Source of the DNA: Octopus vulgaris
Lineage: Eukaryota
DNA: 64,000 nucleotides
Assembly: GCA_951406725.2 (NCBI GenBank)
Contig: OX597826.1
Coordinates: 67,518,001 to 67,582,000 of the forward strand
Direction of reading: 5' to 3'
Below the pieces are notes generated by a model. The model saw only the letters and a program-made list of their open reading frames with translations. It was not told where the DNA came from and ran no database searches. Position numbers and translations under genes: made by a program. Each line of letters starts with the position of its first letter. Position 1 is the stretch's first letter. Shown here one piece after another: positions 13,396-27,861 of this stretch.

Positions 13396-15384
13396 GCATT
13401 GTTGAAGAAGCAAACCTATTTTTATATCCCTCACTATAAGAAGAAAAGGATTTTACCAGATGAAACACACCCTATGAATAGATGTTTTTTTTTAAACAAC
13501 AATGGCAGCATATAGACACATTCATATAGTTTACAGTCTCCCCTTACAAGAGCAGACAAAAGAGGAAGTAAGAGTATTTTTTTTAAGGACATTTTATTTT
13601 CCCCTTACATTATCGACAAAACGTGTCGATGAACATTTCTTGCTACAACTCCAGATATAAAACCCAAACTGTATAAAGTTAAAAAAAAACATAATCATTT
13701 TATTGCAATGCAAAATAAGAATAACATGCACGACCGAAAAGAAAGCACGGCAATCTTAACTGAAACCAACTGTTTCTAACAACAGCAACACCAACAACAC
13801 TCTGCATACACGCATTGCGTGAGGTGTAAACACAAACAGTGATAACATTCTGCAGGTATCTTGGCTAGCAATTTAAGTCCCAATATGTAACATTTCCCTG
13901 TGTAATCAGAAACCTGGAGAAATTCCGTGTACCGAAATGTGGATACCATTGCACATGAAATTACAGGACCCTTGAATAGAGAAAAATAAATGAACGCCTG
14001 CTCTGCGGCTGAGGCAACAAGATTTTCTGATTCCATAAACAGGAATTCGAGAAGTCCTTTGAGGTCAGGGCGAAAAACTAAAACTTATATAATGACCATA
14101 GACTTGTTCCATCGTACGTGGCAAGGACAAAAAGTAGGGATCGTAAACGATGATGTCAATATGGGCAGGTAGCAAAGGCTGATATGATATTTGACGATAT
14201 GCAATTGTGTGGCATCACCGTTGGTACACAATCGCTCTTAATCCTGCAACATCACAATGCAAAGTAATAACTGTGTCTCGTCGAGAATCAAATAAAATCT
14301 AAGATCTATACCTGTTCAGTTATTACTCGTCAACAGATTTTCGGTTCAGTAAGTCCAAAACGAACAAAAGGGACAAGAAAACGGGAAGTACTCTGTGAGG
14401 CTGAATTAAACTATACCACCTTCACTATCAGTAGTGAATAATGAGACGTAAATACAACCGCAACTCCTGTCCACAACGAATGAAAACAAGGAGAGCGAAC
14501 TATAGGAAGAACAGCAGTAACACCACATCAGTGAAGCAACTTTTGCAGCGACACCACCTTATGAATATATGAGAAAGATAATCAAACAGATGATGAGGGG
14601 AAAAAACCATAGTCTTCAAAATAAAGTAAAAAAGTAATGAAACAGAAATACTACACAGGAGCGAAGTGCAATACACCCTGTGAAGAAAGAATTATCTCCA
14701 CTGGGGTAGGATGTAAATTTTATGGCGGAAAACATGTGAATGCAAGATGGAAATCGCCCCCGATTGAAATGAAATTCACAGTCATTCAACAGAAAACAAT
14801 TTTTTATTAAAATATTTATACCAGAGGAATATCCAAATAAAGTACAAGTCGAGTGAATAAACTTGTACTTTTTTGAATAAAAAGACGAATAAGCTGCTGA
14901 AAATGCCTCGGATAGAGTTTACGATGTTTTTGTATTTCAAGAATGCAGAAAATATGTCCTCTCACTCGGTTGATATAATTCAAGAACTTCGCATGGTGGA
15001 TTGTGGAAGCTTCAACCATGAACAGTATTGAGGAGGAGACAATTCTTATCAGTGAAGTGGGGATATACTGAAGAATACAAGTTCAAACAATTCTTATCAG
15101 TGAAGTGGGAATACACTGAAGAATACAAGTGCAGGTTTATGTTTCCAGTAAATATCTTGTTTTAATCATCGTACATTATCTTATTTTACATATTTTTGTC
15201 TAACTTTTTGATTTGTGTATTTTTAATTCGTACAAATTACATATTGTATATAACGTGTTTCACTGTCTCCTTGTTTTGGATGCCTTCTCCGTTCCACTAT
15301 ATACATTGGACATACAGAAAAAAACCCACCTCACATATAGTTTTTTAAACACCGAGTCCTTGTGGCTAATAAAGTAAACATTAT

Positions 15385-15585
15385 TAGCTGCGAGAATGTT
15401 TACTGAGCTGAACAAAATGCATAACGTCATCTTTCCCGAGAATTCAATCTCCGGTTTCGAATGCCGCCAATATCAACTTTCGATCGGGATCGATAAAATA
15501 AGTACCAGTTGAGTACTAGGGTCGATGAAATTGACTTAACCACTTACTTGAAATGGCTGGTCTAATGTCCAAACTTTAAACCAAT
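15385..15585 (+). mobile_element. Decayed SINE family B
   Basis: TCGATAAAATAAGTACCAGTTGAGTACTAGGGTCGAT core. Confidence 0.65.
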
Positions 15586-15932
15586 ATTATCATTACATAT
15601 GAATCTGTAAAGGACCGGGTAAAATCAATTCTGCTATTTAGTAAAATCTCTAACTTCTGAGATGAAATATCACATATTAAATTTCAGGTTGATAAAACAT
15701 ACATCCTATTCTTAATGTCGATAATAATAGGTAATAAACCCGATATAATGGCTTGAAATCTTGTACATTAAAATATATTTTAAAACCATTGGATGTTAGT
15801 AGCGGTAGAAATGAATCTAAACTTGAAACGTTATCATTGAATTCAGTGACGATGCGGGTAAAAATGTGATGCCTGCTGAATAAACTCAGAGATCGAGCTC
15901 TTGGAAAACACCTTTGTCAAGGATCAACTTTA

Positions 15933-16167
15933 ATACCTATTTCTTTACTACCCACAAGGGGCTACACACAGAGGGGACAAACAAGGACAGACAAACGGAT
16001 CAAGTCGATTATATCGACCCCAGTGCGGAAGTGGTACTTATTTAATCGACCCCAAAAGGATGAAAGGCAAAGTCGACCTCAGCGGTATTTGAACTGAGAA
16101 CGTAGCGGCAGGCCAAACACTGCTGAGCATTTCGCCCGGCGTGCTTAACGATTCTGTCAGCTCGCCG
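15933..16167 (-). mobile_element. SINE family B, tail type 1, with target-site duplication
   Basis: Full-length copy flanked by ATCA(A/G)CTTTAATACCT at 15923-15938 and 16170-16185. Confidence 0.9.
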
Positions 16168-16430
16168 TCATCAGCTTTAATACCTAAGAAGTGCTATAGT
16201 CCACCGAAGAGTCCAAAGTGCCATTTCTGTCTCACAACCCAACGCGAAAGGGTGAAGTTGATCCCAAACCAATGGTAGAAAAAGACTAGAAAAGTCGAAC
16301 AGTGGAGCCTTTAGGAGACAAACAAACACCTTAACGACATCACTGTATCTGCGATTAGCGCGCCAGATAAATATTAAAAACGTTAAGTGTTAAAACGATT
16401 TAGCAGCATGATATAATGAAATGAATACAT

Positions 16431-16470
<40 letters not shown>

Positions 16471-17201
16471 TGGGAGGAAGAAAGAGAAAGAGTGAAAGTG
16501 AGAGAGAGAGAGGGCGAAATACTCATCCACTAACACCATAAATAGATATATAAATAGCTTTAAGCAGGTGTGTGTGGATGCGCGCTTGTATGCGACTGTC
16601 TAAAATTTGTATCTATGAATATGTATATATGTATAAATGTATGTATGTAAGTATGTATGTATGTATGCACATATGTATATATTAGCAGTCAGAGATATCT
16701 ATCATCTTAAGTAAATATGGGGTAGGCTTAGAAGAGGGCGGAATTGCCATATGTGTCAATAGAATGTTTAAATGTTTAAATACGATCATGTCACATTTTG
16801 CGTTATCTGACAACTTGTAGGAGAGGCCGCTCATAAAATGATAAAGCAGTCTTTACTTTAAACACACATGATTCCTCTCTCACTCTCTCTCCCTCTCTCA
16901 TTTTACTTATATCTTTGTATAAATATATGTACACACACACACACACACATGTGTATAAGTGTCTATATTTATTTGATTATTTATACATTCTTAATATATA
17001 AAAACGAGAAGCAATAATTCAAATAGGACATAATACATGTTGTCGGGTGTAATATTTATTTCTATTTCAACTTATATTTTCCTGGAATTTCGAAATATTT
17101 AATACAAAGCTTATACGACAGACGTTTAGTGGCGTTATAGCAAAATCCTTGTTTGCGCGGACATCTTTCTGCATGTGAGTGTGTGTATATATATATATAT
17201 A

Positions 17202-17582
17202 CTAGCAGTATCGCCCGGCGTTGCTCAGGTTTGTAAGGGAAATAACTATAAAGCATTTTTAGAGAGTTATAGCCAAAACATAGCAAAAAAATGGAAAAAA
17301 ATGATGGTAATTTTTTTTTTAAAGTTAAAAAAGGTGGAGTTGCGTCCCCTAGACAGTTTGTGGTTTGTGTTTGTGATTCTCGACCCCATGTCGAATTTAT
17401 CGATTTTTTCAGAACTGGGGGAACTTTTCAAAATTTTCGCTGCGTTAGTTTTGAATTATGACATTGGGCTATGTGTGTGTCAAGTTTCATCAGAATGGGT
17501 TGAAAGCCGTGGTCAGGGTGAGGGTACAAGCAAACAGACACACAGAAACACGCACAGACAAACTGCCGTTTATATAGAGAGA
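17202..17582 (-). mobile_element. Non-autonomous Helitron
   Basis: On the minus strand: A|TC...CCTGAGCAACGCCGGGCGATACTGCTAG|T, i.e. 5' TC, subterminal hairpin, 3' CTAG, inserted at AT with no TSD. Confidence 0.8.
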
Positions 17583-17825
17583 TATATATATATATATGAA
17601 TAAAAGAAGGGTAAAAATACCTTTTGCCAAAGATGAAAGCGAAAGCTTCAAAACTCACCAATACTACGATAAATGCACACACGAGCAATGCAATGAATAT
17701 TTTTAAAAAATAGGCCTACCTTCAGGATGGAATTTGAAAGTAGTTTACATACCGGAATATCAATTGATTTCAAGTTGAGTAAAAAGTAAGCAATATTTTG
17801 AACCCTGAAGAATTTGTACCGGATT

Positions 17826-17962
17826 TTTACTTTTTTATGCTTTTACTTGTTTTAGTAATTTGACTGCGGCCATGGTGGAGCACCACCTTTAGTCGAGCAA
17901 ATCGACCCCAGGACTTATTCTTTGTAAACCTAGTACTTATTCTATCGGTGTCTTTTGCCGAG
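17826..17962 (-). mobile_element. SINE family C, 3' end
   Basis: Reverse complement of the family C tail. Confidence 0.8.
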
Positions 17963-18419
17963 AACAATCTTTTCTTATAGTCTGACCATATGGGGTCCAC
18001 ATTTAGCATATTGTATGTCCTGTCCACCCAAATGGTCAACCCTCTTATATGTATATATATATATGCACACTTCCATTTTGTATCTGATTTGCAAGATCCT
18101 TTATAAGAATTCCTGTACTGAAGCAAATTTTGTTCGGTCGGGGGACAGTGGTATCCTCTTAATGGCTCATCAGTTCGATTTCCATTTATTTGGAATCTGT
18201 TATAACGGACAGAGTCAACATCCATTGACAAGGTTGCAAAAGCAAGGTTGCAAAAGTAACCGGTGAGCATGTTAGATAATAAGATATTAAGACAAAATGC
18301 CTCTCCCCAGACACAACACTATATAGATGTGTGTGTGTGTGTGTGTGCATGTGCATGTGTGTGTGTGTGCGTGTGTGTATGTATATATGTGTGTGATTTA
18401 TTCATTTATTACATTTATT

Positions 18420-19080
18420 AAATGCACGAGCATATTCTCTTTCGGTAATTTTATTGTTCTTCGTCTTTCCATGAAATTCTTCCACTCTTCTTTTGGTGCA
18501 ATAAAGTTCCCAACTCGATAAACAATTTTTCACAATATTCTCAGAATCACAATCAGGATATGAAACATATTCGCCTCGTATCTAGACTTTACCATGAAGG
18601 ATTCTGATTACTGGACTTACTCCTCTGCTGCCACGTCTCAATATATTTGATGTATTATTTGTTTCTTTCAGCAACGTATTCCGATATGAGTTCTGTTTCC
18701 ACGAATAACCGTCAGCTTTTTGACCATTATTACATAGTACAGAGACATTCTCCACTAGTAATTTCCTATCGAAATTATTATATGATGGCGATACAGTATG
18801 CTGTGATTGCACTTTATTGTAAATACATGGTGAACCTACCAGAGTATGTTGAACTATTGCTGCCAATATAACTGCTGGGGTCATGAAATTTACGGCTTTC
18901 AGTTTACAATAAAATTTTTGATTAGATTGGTCATTCCTAGTTTGTTCACGTGTACATTTGCTTGTAGATTTCTGGTTTCGGCGATTTGGGGATATTGTTA
19001 TATTATTAGTTATCGTTTGTAATAAGGTATTTTGTTTTTTGCATTATGGAGATTTTGATTATGAGATTGTTCGTTGTACA
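18420..19080 (-). pseudogene. Possible highly decayed Penelope-like linker/GIY-YIG region
   Basis: Short motifs in the expected order across frames (IS-HN, GECL, HIG, CEKLFI, NKITE). Very degenerate. Confidence 0.3.
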
Positions 19081-19506
19081 TTTGTTATGCATTTGATATA
19101 AATGGTGGATTTCATATTTCATACAATGAAAATTTGCGTGGTAAAGCCTGCAGTAATCAGACTACAACAAATGAAGATTTACATAACACTGCTGACCTCA
19201 AATGCTAACGGTCAAAATTTTTTGTACGAAAGGCTCCACACATTCCATTACTATAAAAAGGACAATATATACGACAAATATGTTCCAGGTGTCCACAATC
19301 AAACTGTGAAAATTTCGATAACGTTGTTTAGAATATTTATTAAACTAAACGAAATAGACGATTCTTATTCGGAAATATGAAAACATTATAAAGTTAAAAC
19401 TGGAATTCATTCGGGTTTTTTAAAGTATGAATAACAGAAAATTTGCCGAATACACTAACATGTGTGTGTGTATGTGTATGCACACAGACACGGATACATA
19501 AAGAAT

Positions 19507-19554
<48 letters not shown>

Positions 19555-19626
19555 TGTGTGTGCATAATCATAAGTATATAGGGTTGATTTCGTATATATA
19601 TATATATTTATATATATATATATATA

Positions 19627-20180
19627 AGGCGCAGGAGGGGCTGTGTGATAAGTAGCTTGCTTACCAGTCACATGATTCCGGGTTCAGTCCCACTGCATGA
19701 CACCTTAGGCAAGTGTCTTCTACTATAGCCTCAGGCCAGCCAAAGCCTTGTAAGTGGATTTGGTAGACGGAAACTGAAAGACGCCCGTCGTATATATATG
19801 AACCTACCTCACGGCAGGAGGTGCAAATGAGAGTAGCTATATCAAACTCCATTCTTCACCAAGTGCCACATATTAGACGAGGTTCGTCGTAATAACAGTT
19901 TAGCACAAAACGGTGGTGCATCAGCATGGCCGCAGCTCTGAGCTGAAACTAGAAAAAAAAATATATATGTATGTATGTGTATATGTTTGTATGTCTGTAT
20001 TTGTACCCCCAACATCGCTTAACAACAGATGCTGGTGTTTACGCCCCCATAACTTAGCGGTTCGGTAAAATACACCGATAGAATAAGTACCAGGCTTACA
20101 AAGAATAAGTCCTGGGGTCGATTTGCTCGACTAAAGGCGGTGCTCCAGCATGGCCACAGTCAAATGACTGAAACAAGTCA
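19627..20180 (+). mobile_element. SINE family C interrupted by a LINE 3' end
   Basis: Head GGCGCAGGAG..GGCTGTGTG..GGTTCAGTCCC, then CCTTAGGCAAGTG, then the internal microsatellite containing the 19798-19960 insert, then the tail. Confidence 0.88.
19798..19960 (+). mobile_element. 5'-truncated 3' end of the CR1-like LINE
   Basis: GAACCTACCTCACGGCAGGAGG...TCAAACTCCAT matches the ORF end of the 44252 LINE fragment; ends with a stem-loop and A-tail. Confidence 0.85.
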
Positions 20181-20777
20181 TGTATGTGTGTGTATATCTA
20201 TATCTGTCTCTTTGTTTATCTATGCGTATATCTGTATATATACAAAACACACGCACAAACATACACATCGATGTATATTGTGTTATGATCCCTTTTTTCT
20301 CTCTTCCTGCTGCGCTATTTATGCGCAAGTCTTTCGCGCCTTCTCTTTATTTGTAAGTACTTGAAATTGTTTGTATAGGTGGGTGATATATTGTCGGTGT
20401 ATACACATATATTTAATTAGGCATGTATTGTTCCCTGCAGAAGTGATATTCTTAAATATGTTTCCATGTGTTCAAATACATAAGTCCTGTTTAATTGTCC
20501 TGTCTATTTCTAAATAGACGATCCGATATTTTTATAAGATACTGGCAGGCAAATTGGCACTTTATGTTATCAAAACACACACACACACACATGCAAGCAC
20601 ACACACATATATACAGACACACACAGACACACATATACACGACTCATACACAAGTACACAATCAAAAACACTAACTCAAAGACGCACACATACAATGAAA
20701 ATCCTACAGATACTCACAAAAACGTATTAACACATACATGAACATTCGTTCATCCATTACGTATTTCCCTATATCTG

Positions 20778-20819
<42 letters not shown>

Positions 20820-21034
20820 CACTTATCCATTATTATAAATACGTGTACGTGCGTACGTGTGTCCTGTGCCTGTTGTTATTTATATGTGTATATATGTGGA
20901 CACTGACACATACATACACACCACGTATATGCATACATACATACATACATATGTCTATATATATATATACATGCATCCATACGTAAATATACATACGTGT
21001 ATACATATCTATATATATACTTATGTATGCGTGT

Positions 21035-21128
<94 letters not shown>

Positions 21129-21674
21129 GGAAAAAAAGTCAAGATAGAAAATGCTGAAATAATTTTATAAAAATATTTCAGTTACCGTTATATATATATA
21201 TATATATATATACGGTGTTAATTTAAAGAGAAGTGATTAACCATTAATATCACCGTTTAGTCACGATCCAACATATATGCCAACAGAACGGAATTCTTCA
21301 GTCTTAACTACGATATTTAAGTTTCTTTAACGAAATTTTCATATTGTTTAACGCACCCCCCCTTAATATTTTTATCAACAAAAATTTCTGATCCCTTGGC
21401 CCAATCCTTCTTGCATCCATGCAGATCTCAAACACCCGATATTGCAATCCAGCTCAACTGTTGCATATTTGTTCTTTGGGACGGTTTATTTTGTTTTACG
21501 AGCCACAGATCCCAGCATTTAATGTCGATTCACCCAATGAACCAAATCCTGTCTGAACCAAATCCAATTATAAGGGATCTTCAAGTAAACTAAATAGAAT
21601 GCTTTAAGTATTTTTAGAGAAATATATGCATAACTCTTCTCAGAAACCCCTTTTTCAATATTCTCTTCTTTTAA

Positions 21675-21893
21675 GGAGGCGAGCTGGCAGAAACGTTAGC
21701 ACGCAGGGCGAAATGCTAAAGCGGTATTTCGTCTGCCGTTACATTCTGTGTTCAAATTCCACCGAGGTCGACTTTGCCTTTCATCCTTTCGTGGTCGATA
21801 AATTAAGTACCAGTTGCGTACTGCGGTTGATCCAATCGACTGGCCCCACCTTCCGAAAATTTTCGGGCCTTGTGCCTAGAGTAGAAAAGAATA
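21675..21893 (+). mobile_element. SINE family B, tail type 2
   Basis: GGCGAGCTGGCAGAAACGTTAGC head, GTCGACTTTGCCTTTCATCCTTTCG core, GGCCTTGTGCCTAGAGTAGAAAAG tail. Confidence 0.9.
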
Positions 21894-22933
21894 TTCTCCC
21901 CATTTCACTACTCTAAAGTTCTATTTCTCTCTAATAACCGGCGGCCATTTTTTTGGTCTTCATCACGAGTCTCTGGACTTTCAATCCGAACATATCTTTT
22001 CCTTTTAAATTTTTTGTGATAACCCTTATCGGTTCCGACCGGAAGTACAACTCACTTCATTGAACATTTCTGCAATATGATAAAAACATTTGCTGGTCGT
22101 CGGTCCTAGTTTATCAGTTTGATTCTAAAAGTGCATCTCAACTAATGTATTTAGTTAATTCTGGAACAAATGTCTTGTGTTATGTCTTTTTTCTTTACTC
22201 ATCCAAGGAAAGAATGATACCATCCAAAAGATATGACTATTTTCTATTGGACTTAAGAAAAAAATTATTAAAATGTTCTTAAATTAAGAGACGTTTTTCT
22301 TTTGACAGCTTTATGCTGTCAATAGTTTCATTATGTTTAAACATATTTTTCAGTGTTGCAGCTGCTTACCAAGTGAATACCACCGGAGAACAAAAATTGT
22401 CACTAAAAACCGAGATTGTGGTTAAATTCACTTGAAACGTCAATATATTTCATGCGGTGACAAAGATTTCATTGCATAACAGCGACCTTACTGCTGGCGC
22501 ATTTCTATTGCAATTGTCAATGACAAAGTCGCAGCTGTACCACAGACATTCTGAGAGTTCCTGTATTCAATAGATTGTAACCTATATCATTTAGAAATGT
22601 AATATTCCATTTGTTTATCTAATATGTAATATAAGAGATGAAACAAATGGAAATGATGTCTAATCTGACCAATACATTTATCTTTGTTATGTTACGCTTT
22701 ATTCATTCTTCCTCTCTTTTTTCTCATTTCCTAGATACCTATATGTATATATGGTTAAGTGCATGTATATTTACACAAACACGCGCACTCACACACACAT
22801 ATGTATATGGTAATATATGTATATATAATTTATATATATATATATATATATAGTTAATTCCCACCAAAACGGAGAAAAAGACACGAGGAAAAACAACAAC
22901 GCGACGACGTAGTACATGCAAAGTATTAATACA

Positions 22934-22989
<56 letters not shown>

Positions 22990-23066
22990 TATGAATGTAT
23001 GTATATACTTAAATACATATATAAACATGCATACATATACACACACAGACACACATACACACTCAC

Positions 23067-23098
<32 letters not shown>

Positions 23099-23262
23099 TT
23101 GTATGTATGTATATATGTATGAATATATACGTATGCATAAATACCTATGCGCTCACTCACACATATGCAAAACGTCCTCAGATGCCCCATTCCCTTTTAT
23201 TATACCCTCCTGTTCCCCTATAATTCACAGCATGTTTTGTTTTGTATATTTATACATTATCA

Positions 23263-23299
<37 letters not shown>

Positions 23300-24754
23300 T
23301 AATATATATCTTGTGTTATCTAGACGTTTATATAAACTGGAATTTCCCATATCCGTAAAACTGACGATTTTCGTGTCACTTGATATTATTATCAAGATCC
23401 TCGGCTCTTAGAATGATGTATATTGTTTGCGTTTTCGTTGCTTATTTTTGTTATTTTTGCTATTATCACTTCACTTCTTTTTCTGTGGATAAGCAAATGA
23501 GTGTTGCTATAGATATTTATATCTATAAGGACATATACAAATATGTACATAACGTGTATAAATACACACATGCATATACATGCGGGTTTATAAATTTATA
23601 CAGACATATATGCACGCTTATATATATGTGTGTGTGTGTGTGTGTTTGGACTGTGTGTGTTTATTCATAATTATTGATAATAGTTTCTGGGCTGGGGGGT
23701 GCTGTGGAACGGTGGAACATTTTGAATTATTATCGCTTTTCCAACACGTCAGATTAGCGTTGTGTCCCACTTCCTGTTTAACCCTGGCTAATCACTCATA
23801 TATTGTTATTTTTACTTCTGCGATAATCACATCTCTAAAGTTTGGTGCATATGAACTTACAATATATAGCAACCATCACACCTCCGCGTTACTTTCTTCT
23901 GCTAAGCGTTTCCTTTAATTGTTGTTAATAGATTTGGTGGAGAAAAACAAAAACAATATTTTTCAAAAAATGTACTTATTCTCAGAAACCGTGATAATTG
24001 AGTAGGAAAGAAGTTGGCTCCTTTAAGAAATTGTCATCACCCAGACACACAGCAATATCAGGAACGGGAATATAACTTCAGTGACTAGATATACTTTAGC
24101 AACAAAGGGTGACCCGTGAATACGTGGTCTTTGGTTCAATATTAATGCAGAACATCGTATGACTTCTTCGAGAGACCGGGTTAAATATTAACATCTTTAG
24201 ACTGAAACTGGTTAACAGAAACTATGTCCTATTCCTTCGTATACATACATACTCACACAGACACAGACACAGACACACACACACACACACACAACAAGTA
24301 GCCGTAAATGCCAAGAACCCTCCTAAGTATCCTAGCTGTCCCTTACAGGTGGGGCTCAGTTAGAATTGTCTTCATGTTGAGTAGCCCATTCCATCAAAAG
24401 GTCCCGGAATAGGGTTTGTCTAATGATGAAGAACTATACACACATGTTACCCCAGGTGAAATGTTCAAACCCCAAAGAATTCCTTTCAACACATGGCTAT
24501 GAATACCCCAGCCACTATTTCCGCTCGTGATCAGAGATGCACATATCGTCAGCCGCCAAGGGACATACTCGACTGGTTAATGTCAAACAACTAAGAAGCA
24601 AATCTGTGGTATTGAGCAGAATATTTGCTGTAGTCTATCTTTTATACCAAGACAAAATAATGTACATGATAACACTTCCAATCAGTTAAGATAAGAAGCC
24701 ATGAGAGCCACTGGTACTGCATACATTATTGTTGTTAGTATCACACTTAGTATG

Positions 24755-24898
24755 ACGAGCAAATTCCGCCGAGGTTTCTCTTTGCTCTTCATACATTCGG
24801 GGTCAATAAAATAATTACCAACTGAGCACTTCGGTCGATACAATCGACTTATCCCTCCTACAAAATTTCTGGATGTGTGCCCAAACTTGAAACCAATA
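24755..24898 (+). mobile_element. SINE family B, 5'-truncated
   Basis: AAATTCCGCCGAGGT...TTCGGGGTCAATAAAATAA core. Confidence 0.7.
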
Positions 24899-24901
24899 TA
24901 C

Positions 24902-25031
24902 CAGGGTGGGCAAAAGTAGGTGTACAGTTACATTGACATATGAATCGCTTAGGTTTAAAATAATAAATACCGAAATGAAGAGAACATTCCACTCATATTA
25001 AGCAACTGATAACGACTTTTGCCCACGCCTG
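24902..25031. mobile_element. Mariner-type MITE (~130 bp)
   Basis: Imperfect TIRs CAGGGTGGGCAAAAGTAGG..CAGTT / AACTG..ACTTTTGCCCACGCCTG. Confidence 0.7.
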
Positions 25032-25664
25032 CATATAAATTGGAGAAAGCACAAAATAAGAATAATGCGGCATAATCTCCCCATTTCATTTACTGTTGTA
25101 ACACTAATTATTGAAATATTTCTAAATCTCGTACGGTTCCATTTGGTGATATTCTTAACAATTCAATACCAATGTAGGTAGCATCATTAAAGAAGAAAAT
25201 TACAATAAATATCAGTTATACCGACACGAATAATGGAAACGTTTTAACAGTCAAACCTGAAATTGCTACTTAACGTTTCTTCCTCCTGTCAATGCTGAAT
25301 AAGACAGGAATTTACTTATTTACTTTACTAATTTCAACTCACCTTCATTAATGTTTTAGCTTATCAACATTTGGCAGTAAATTACAAATAAATGATAGTG
25401 ACTATAGAGTAATCTCCCCTTATACATCATTCCCGCATTAAATACATTATTGGACTCTTTATTTTTCAGAAAATTTATGCGGTGATTTACTAAGTCATAC
25501 TTCTTTACAAACAATCTATGTATAGAGATCGTTTATAGAGAAGCCTGAATAACGAGTTTTCCTCTCATATCCACCGATAGACCTCATACCCACTCACATC
25601 ATTTTAGCTTTATCAACAATGACCAATGTTTACCGTTTTAAATATTTAAAATGTGCTTATAACT

Positions 25665-26004
25665 ATATATCTTGAGACCCACTTCGGTCATAGCTGACCG
25701 TGGGATTGCACCTAGAAAGTTACCCTCCCAGGCACAAGTCCGGGGAAGGTTGTTTATGGAAGACCAGCAGTCGCCCATGCACGCTACCAGTCGCCCTTTC
25801 CACGCTACCAGTGATATCCAAGGGAAAGGCAACAGCAGATGAGCTTGGCACCAGTGACATCGCAACTCATATTTCTACAGCTGAGTGAACTGGAGCAACG
25901 TGAAATAAAGTGTCTTGCTCAAGAACACAACACGTAGGCTTGTTCGGAATTCGAGCTCACAACCTCACGATCGTAAGCTCGACCACTGAGCCAAGCGCCT
26001 CCAC
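25665..26004 (-). mobile_element. tRNA-derived SINE family D
   Basis: Head TGTGGAGGCGCTTGGCTCAGTGG and core TTGAGCAAGACACTTTATTTCACGTTGCTCCAG, shared with the 43800 copy. Confidence 0.8.
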
Positions 26005-26153
26005 ATAACTATATAGAAATGAATCATAATGATTCACTTCACAAGTAAATATGTATATATTTCTTTATCGTTATATTTGCTGAATTAATTAAAGACTGAT
26101 GAAATTCGGAATTATAATGTGACATTTTAATCTCCAGCAAATAGGCGTGCGCG

Positions 26154-26216
<63 letters not shown>

Positions 26217-26879
26217 ACACTTATACACAGTCAAGCACTGTCACATAAACACATACATAGATTCTTTGAGGATGGAAAATAAAGTGGTTTTGTTATGTAA
26301 GTCGAACTCAATGACATCCTAACTATGAGGAATATGGTCATGCTCAATGGAACCACCAGTAAAAGAGTTTATAGGAAAACTATGAAGAGGCGTTTGAACA
26401 ACGTCAAAAATAGACGGGAAAGAAGAGCGAAATGAAAAATGAGGCTGGCTGATGACCAGGAATAACGGAGGGAAAAGCGTGCGTTGGTCGGTGTGCAACT
26501 ATGACCTCTTTAGGAATTGAAATTTGATTGATTGCTATTTAAGTACACATACACGCACACATACACACTTAGAGATATACTCACACATATATATATACAC
26601 ACGCGCGCGCCTACATATGGTTCTTTATATTTTGTATATACTTGTCAGCTAAAGGTGTAAACGATGACACATTATTTTCGAGAGAAAATAGTCTGTAGTA
26701 TTCGTTACGTCCAAGAATGAAGCCGCTCATATGATTCTCTAACCTGCGTAGGACACAGTGAACCAGTGATTAATAGCATTAGTCATAAAATGCTATACAT
26801 AAGAAAATGAAAATTATATTCCAAAATAAATACATAACTCAAGTGAGTCAACGCGGAGGCCTCTATATATTTCAATTCA

Positions 26880-27215
26880 TTATTTTTTGCCACAAGGGCA
26901 GGTTGAGGGGGTGGGAAAAAAAAGGTGAAAGGAAAAGTCGACCTCGACGGAATTTGAACTCAGAACGTAGCGACTGGCGAAATACCTATTTCTTTACTAC
27001 CCACAAGGGGCTAAACACAGAGAGGACAAACAAGGACAGACAAACGGATTAAGTCGATTACATCGACCCCAGTGAGTAACTGGTACTTAATCTATCGACC
27101 CCGAAAGGATGAAAGGCAAAGTCGACCTCCGCGGAATTTGAACTCAGAACGCAGCGGTGGACGAAATACCGATAATCATTTCGCCCGGCGCGCTAACGAT
27201 TCTACCGTCTCGCCG
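26880..27215 (-). mobile_element. Nested/dimeric SINE family B
   Basis: The tail of a tail-type-1 copy (..GAAATAGGTAT) runs directly into the internal GGTATTTCG of a second copy at about 26985. Confidence 0.85.
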
Positions 27216-27350
27216 CCGTAAGCATGTATATAAACAAACTGAATCATTGTCAGGCAAATATAATCCCCGATAACACGCCCTAACTTGTGAAGTAACTGGA
27301 TATATATAAATAAACCTTCGAACAGACAATCAACAGGGACGCCAGCTGGG

Positions 27351-27393
27351 TTCACATTGATAAGGAGAAAATACCCCGAAACCGGCCTGTGGG
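27351..27393 (+). ncRNA. Decayed hammerhead ribozyme motif
   Basis: CACA-TTGATAA-GGAG..CCCC-GAAACCGGCC-TGTG: stems present, but the core is mutated at three positions. Confidence 0.4.
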
Positions 27394-27643
27394 TATTGAA
27401 CCAGCAAGGCGAAGGTGGCAACCTTCTCTGTTCGAAGGTTGTAATGGACACAGATTTGAGTGTCACATGGCTAGCTAGAGGCGATAGCCTCTCGGAGCTA
27501 ATGAACAGCTGAATTCGTACTATATCTCTGGACTGCCATGTTAGCTTGGCAATAAATATTGATACACAGTACTGCTGCTGTAGTCTCATTTAGAGAGATT
27601 TAAAAACAACAACAACAACAACAACAACAATAATAATAATAAT

Positions 27644-27708
<65 letters not shown>

Positions 27709-27814
27709 AGAGTAAACACATAAATGTGAAACAAGGTGGAAAAAAGAGTACTCAAATACCAGTGCTTTATTTAAAGCACCAGAATTTGTTGAATTTTCTG
27801 CTGCTTTAAATAAA

Positions 27815-27861
<47 letters not shown>

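Noticed and set aside
22369-22560. Minus-strand exon candidate (AG...GTAAGC)
   Set aside because: Stops in all three frames.
24300-24720. Probable dispersed repeat
   Set aside because: Single copy in the window with no TIR, TSD or ORF, so it cannot be supported from this sequence alone.
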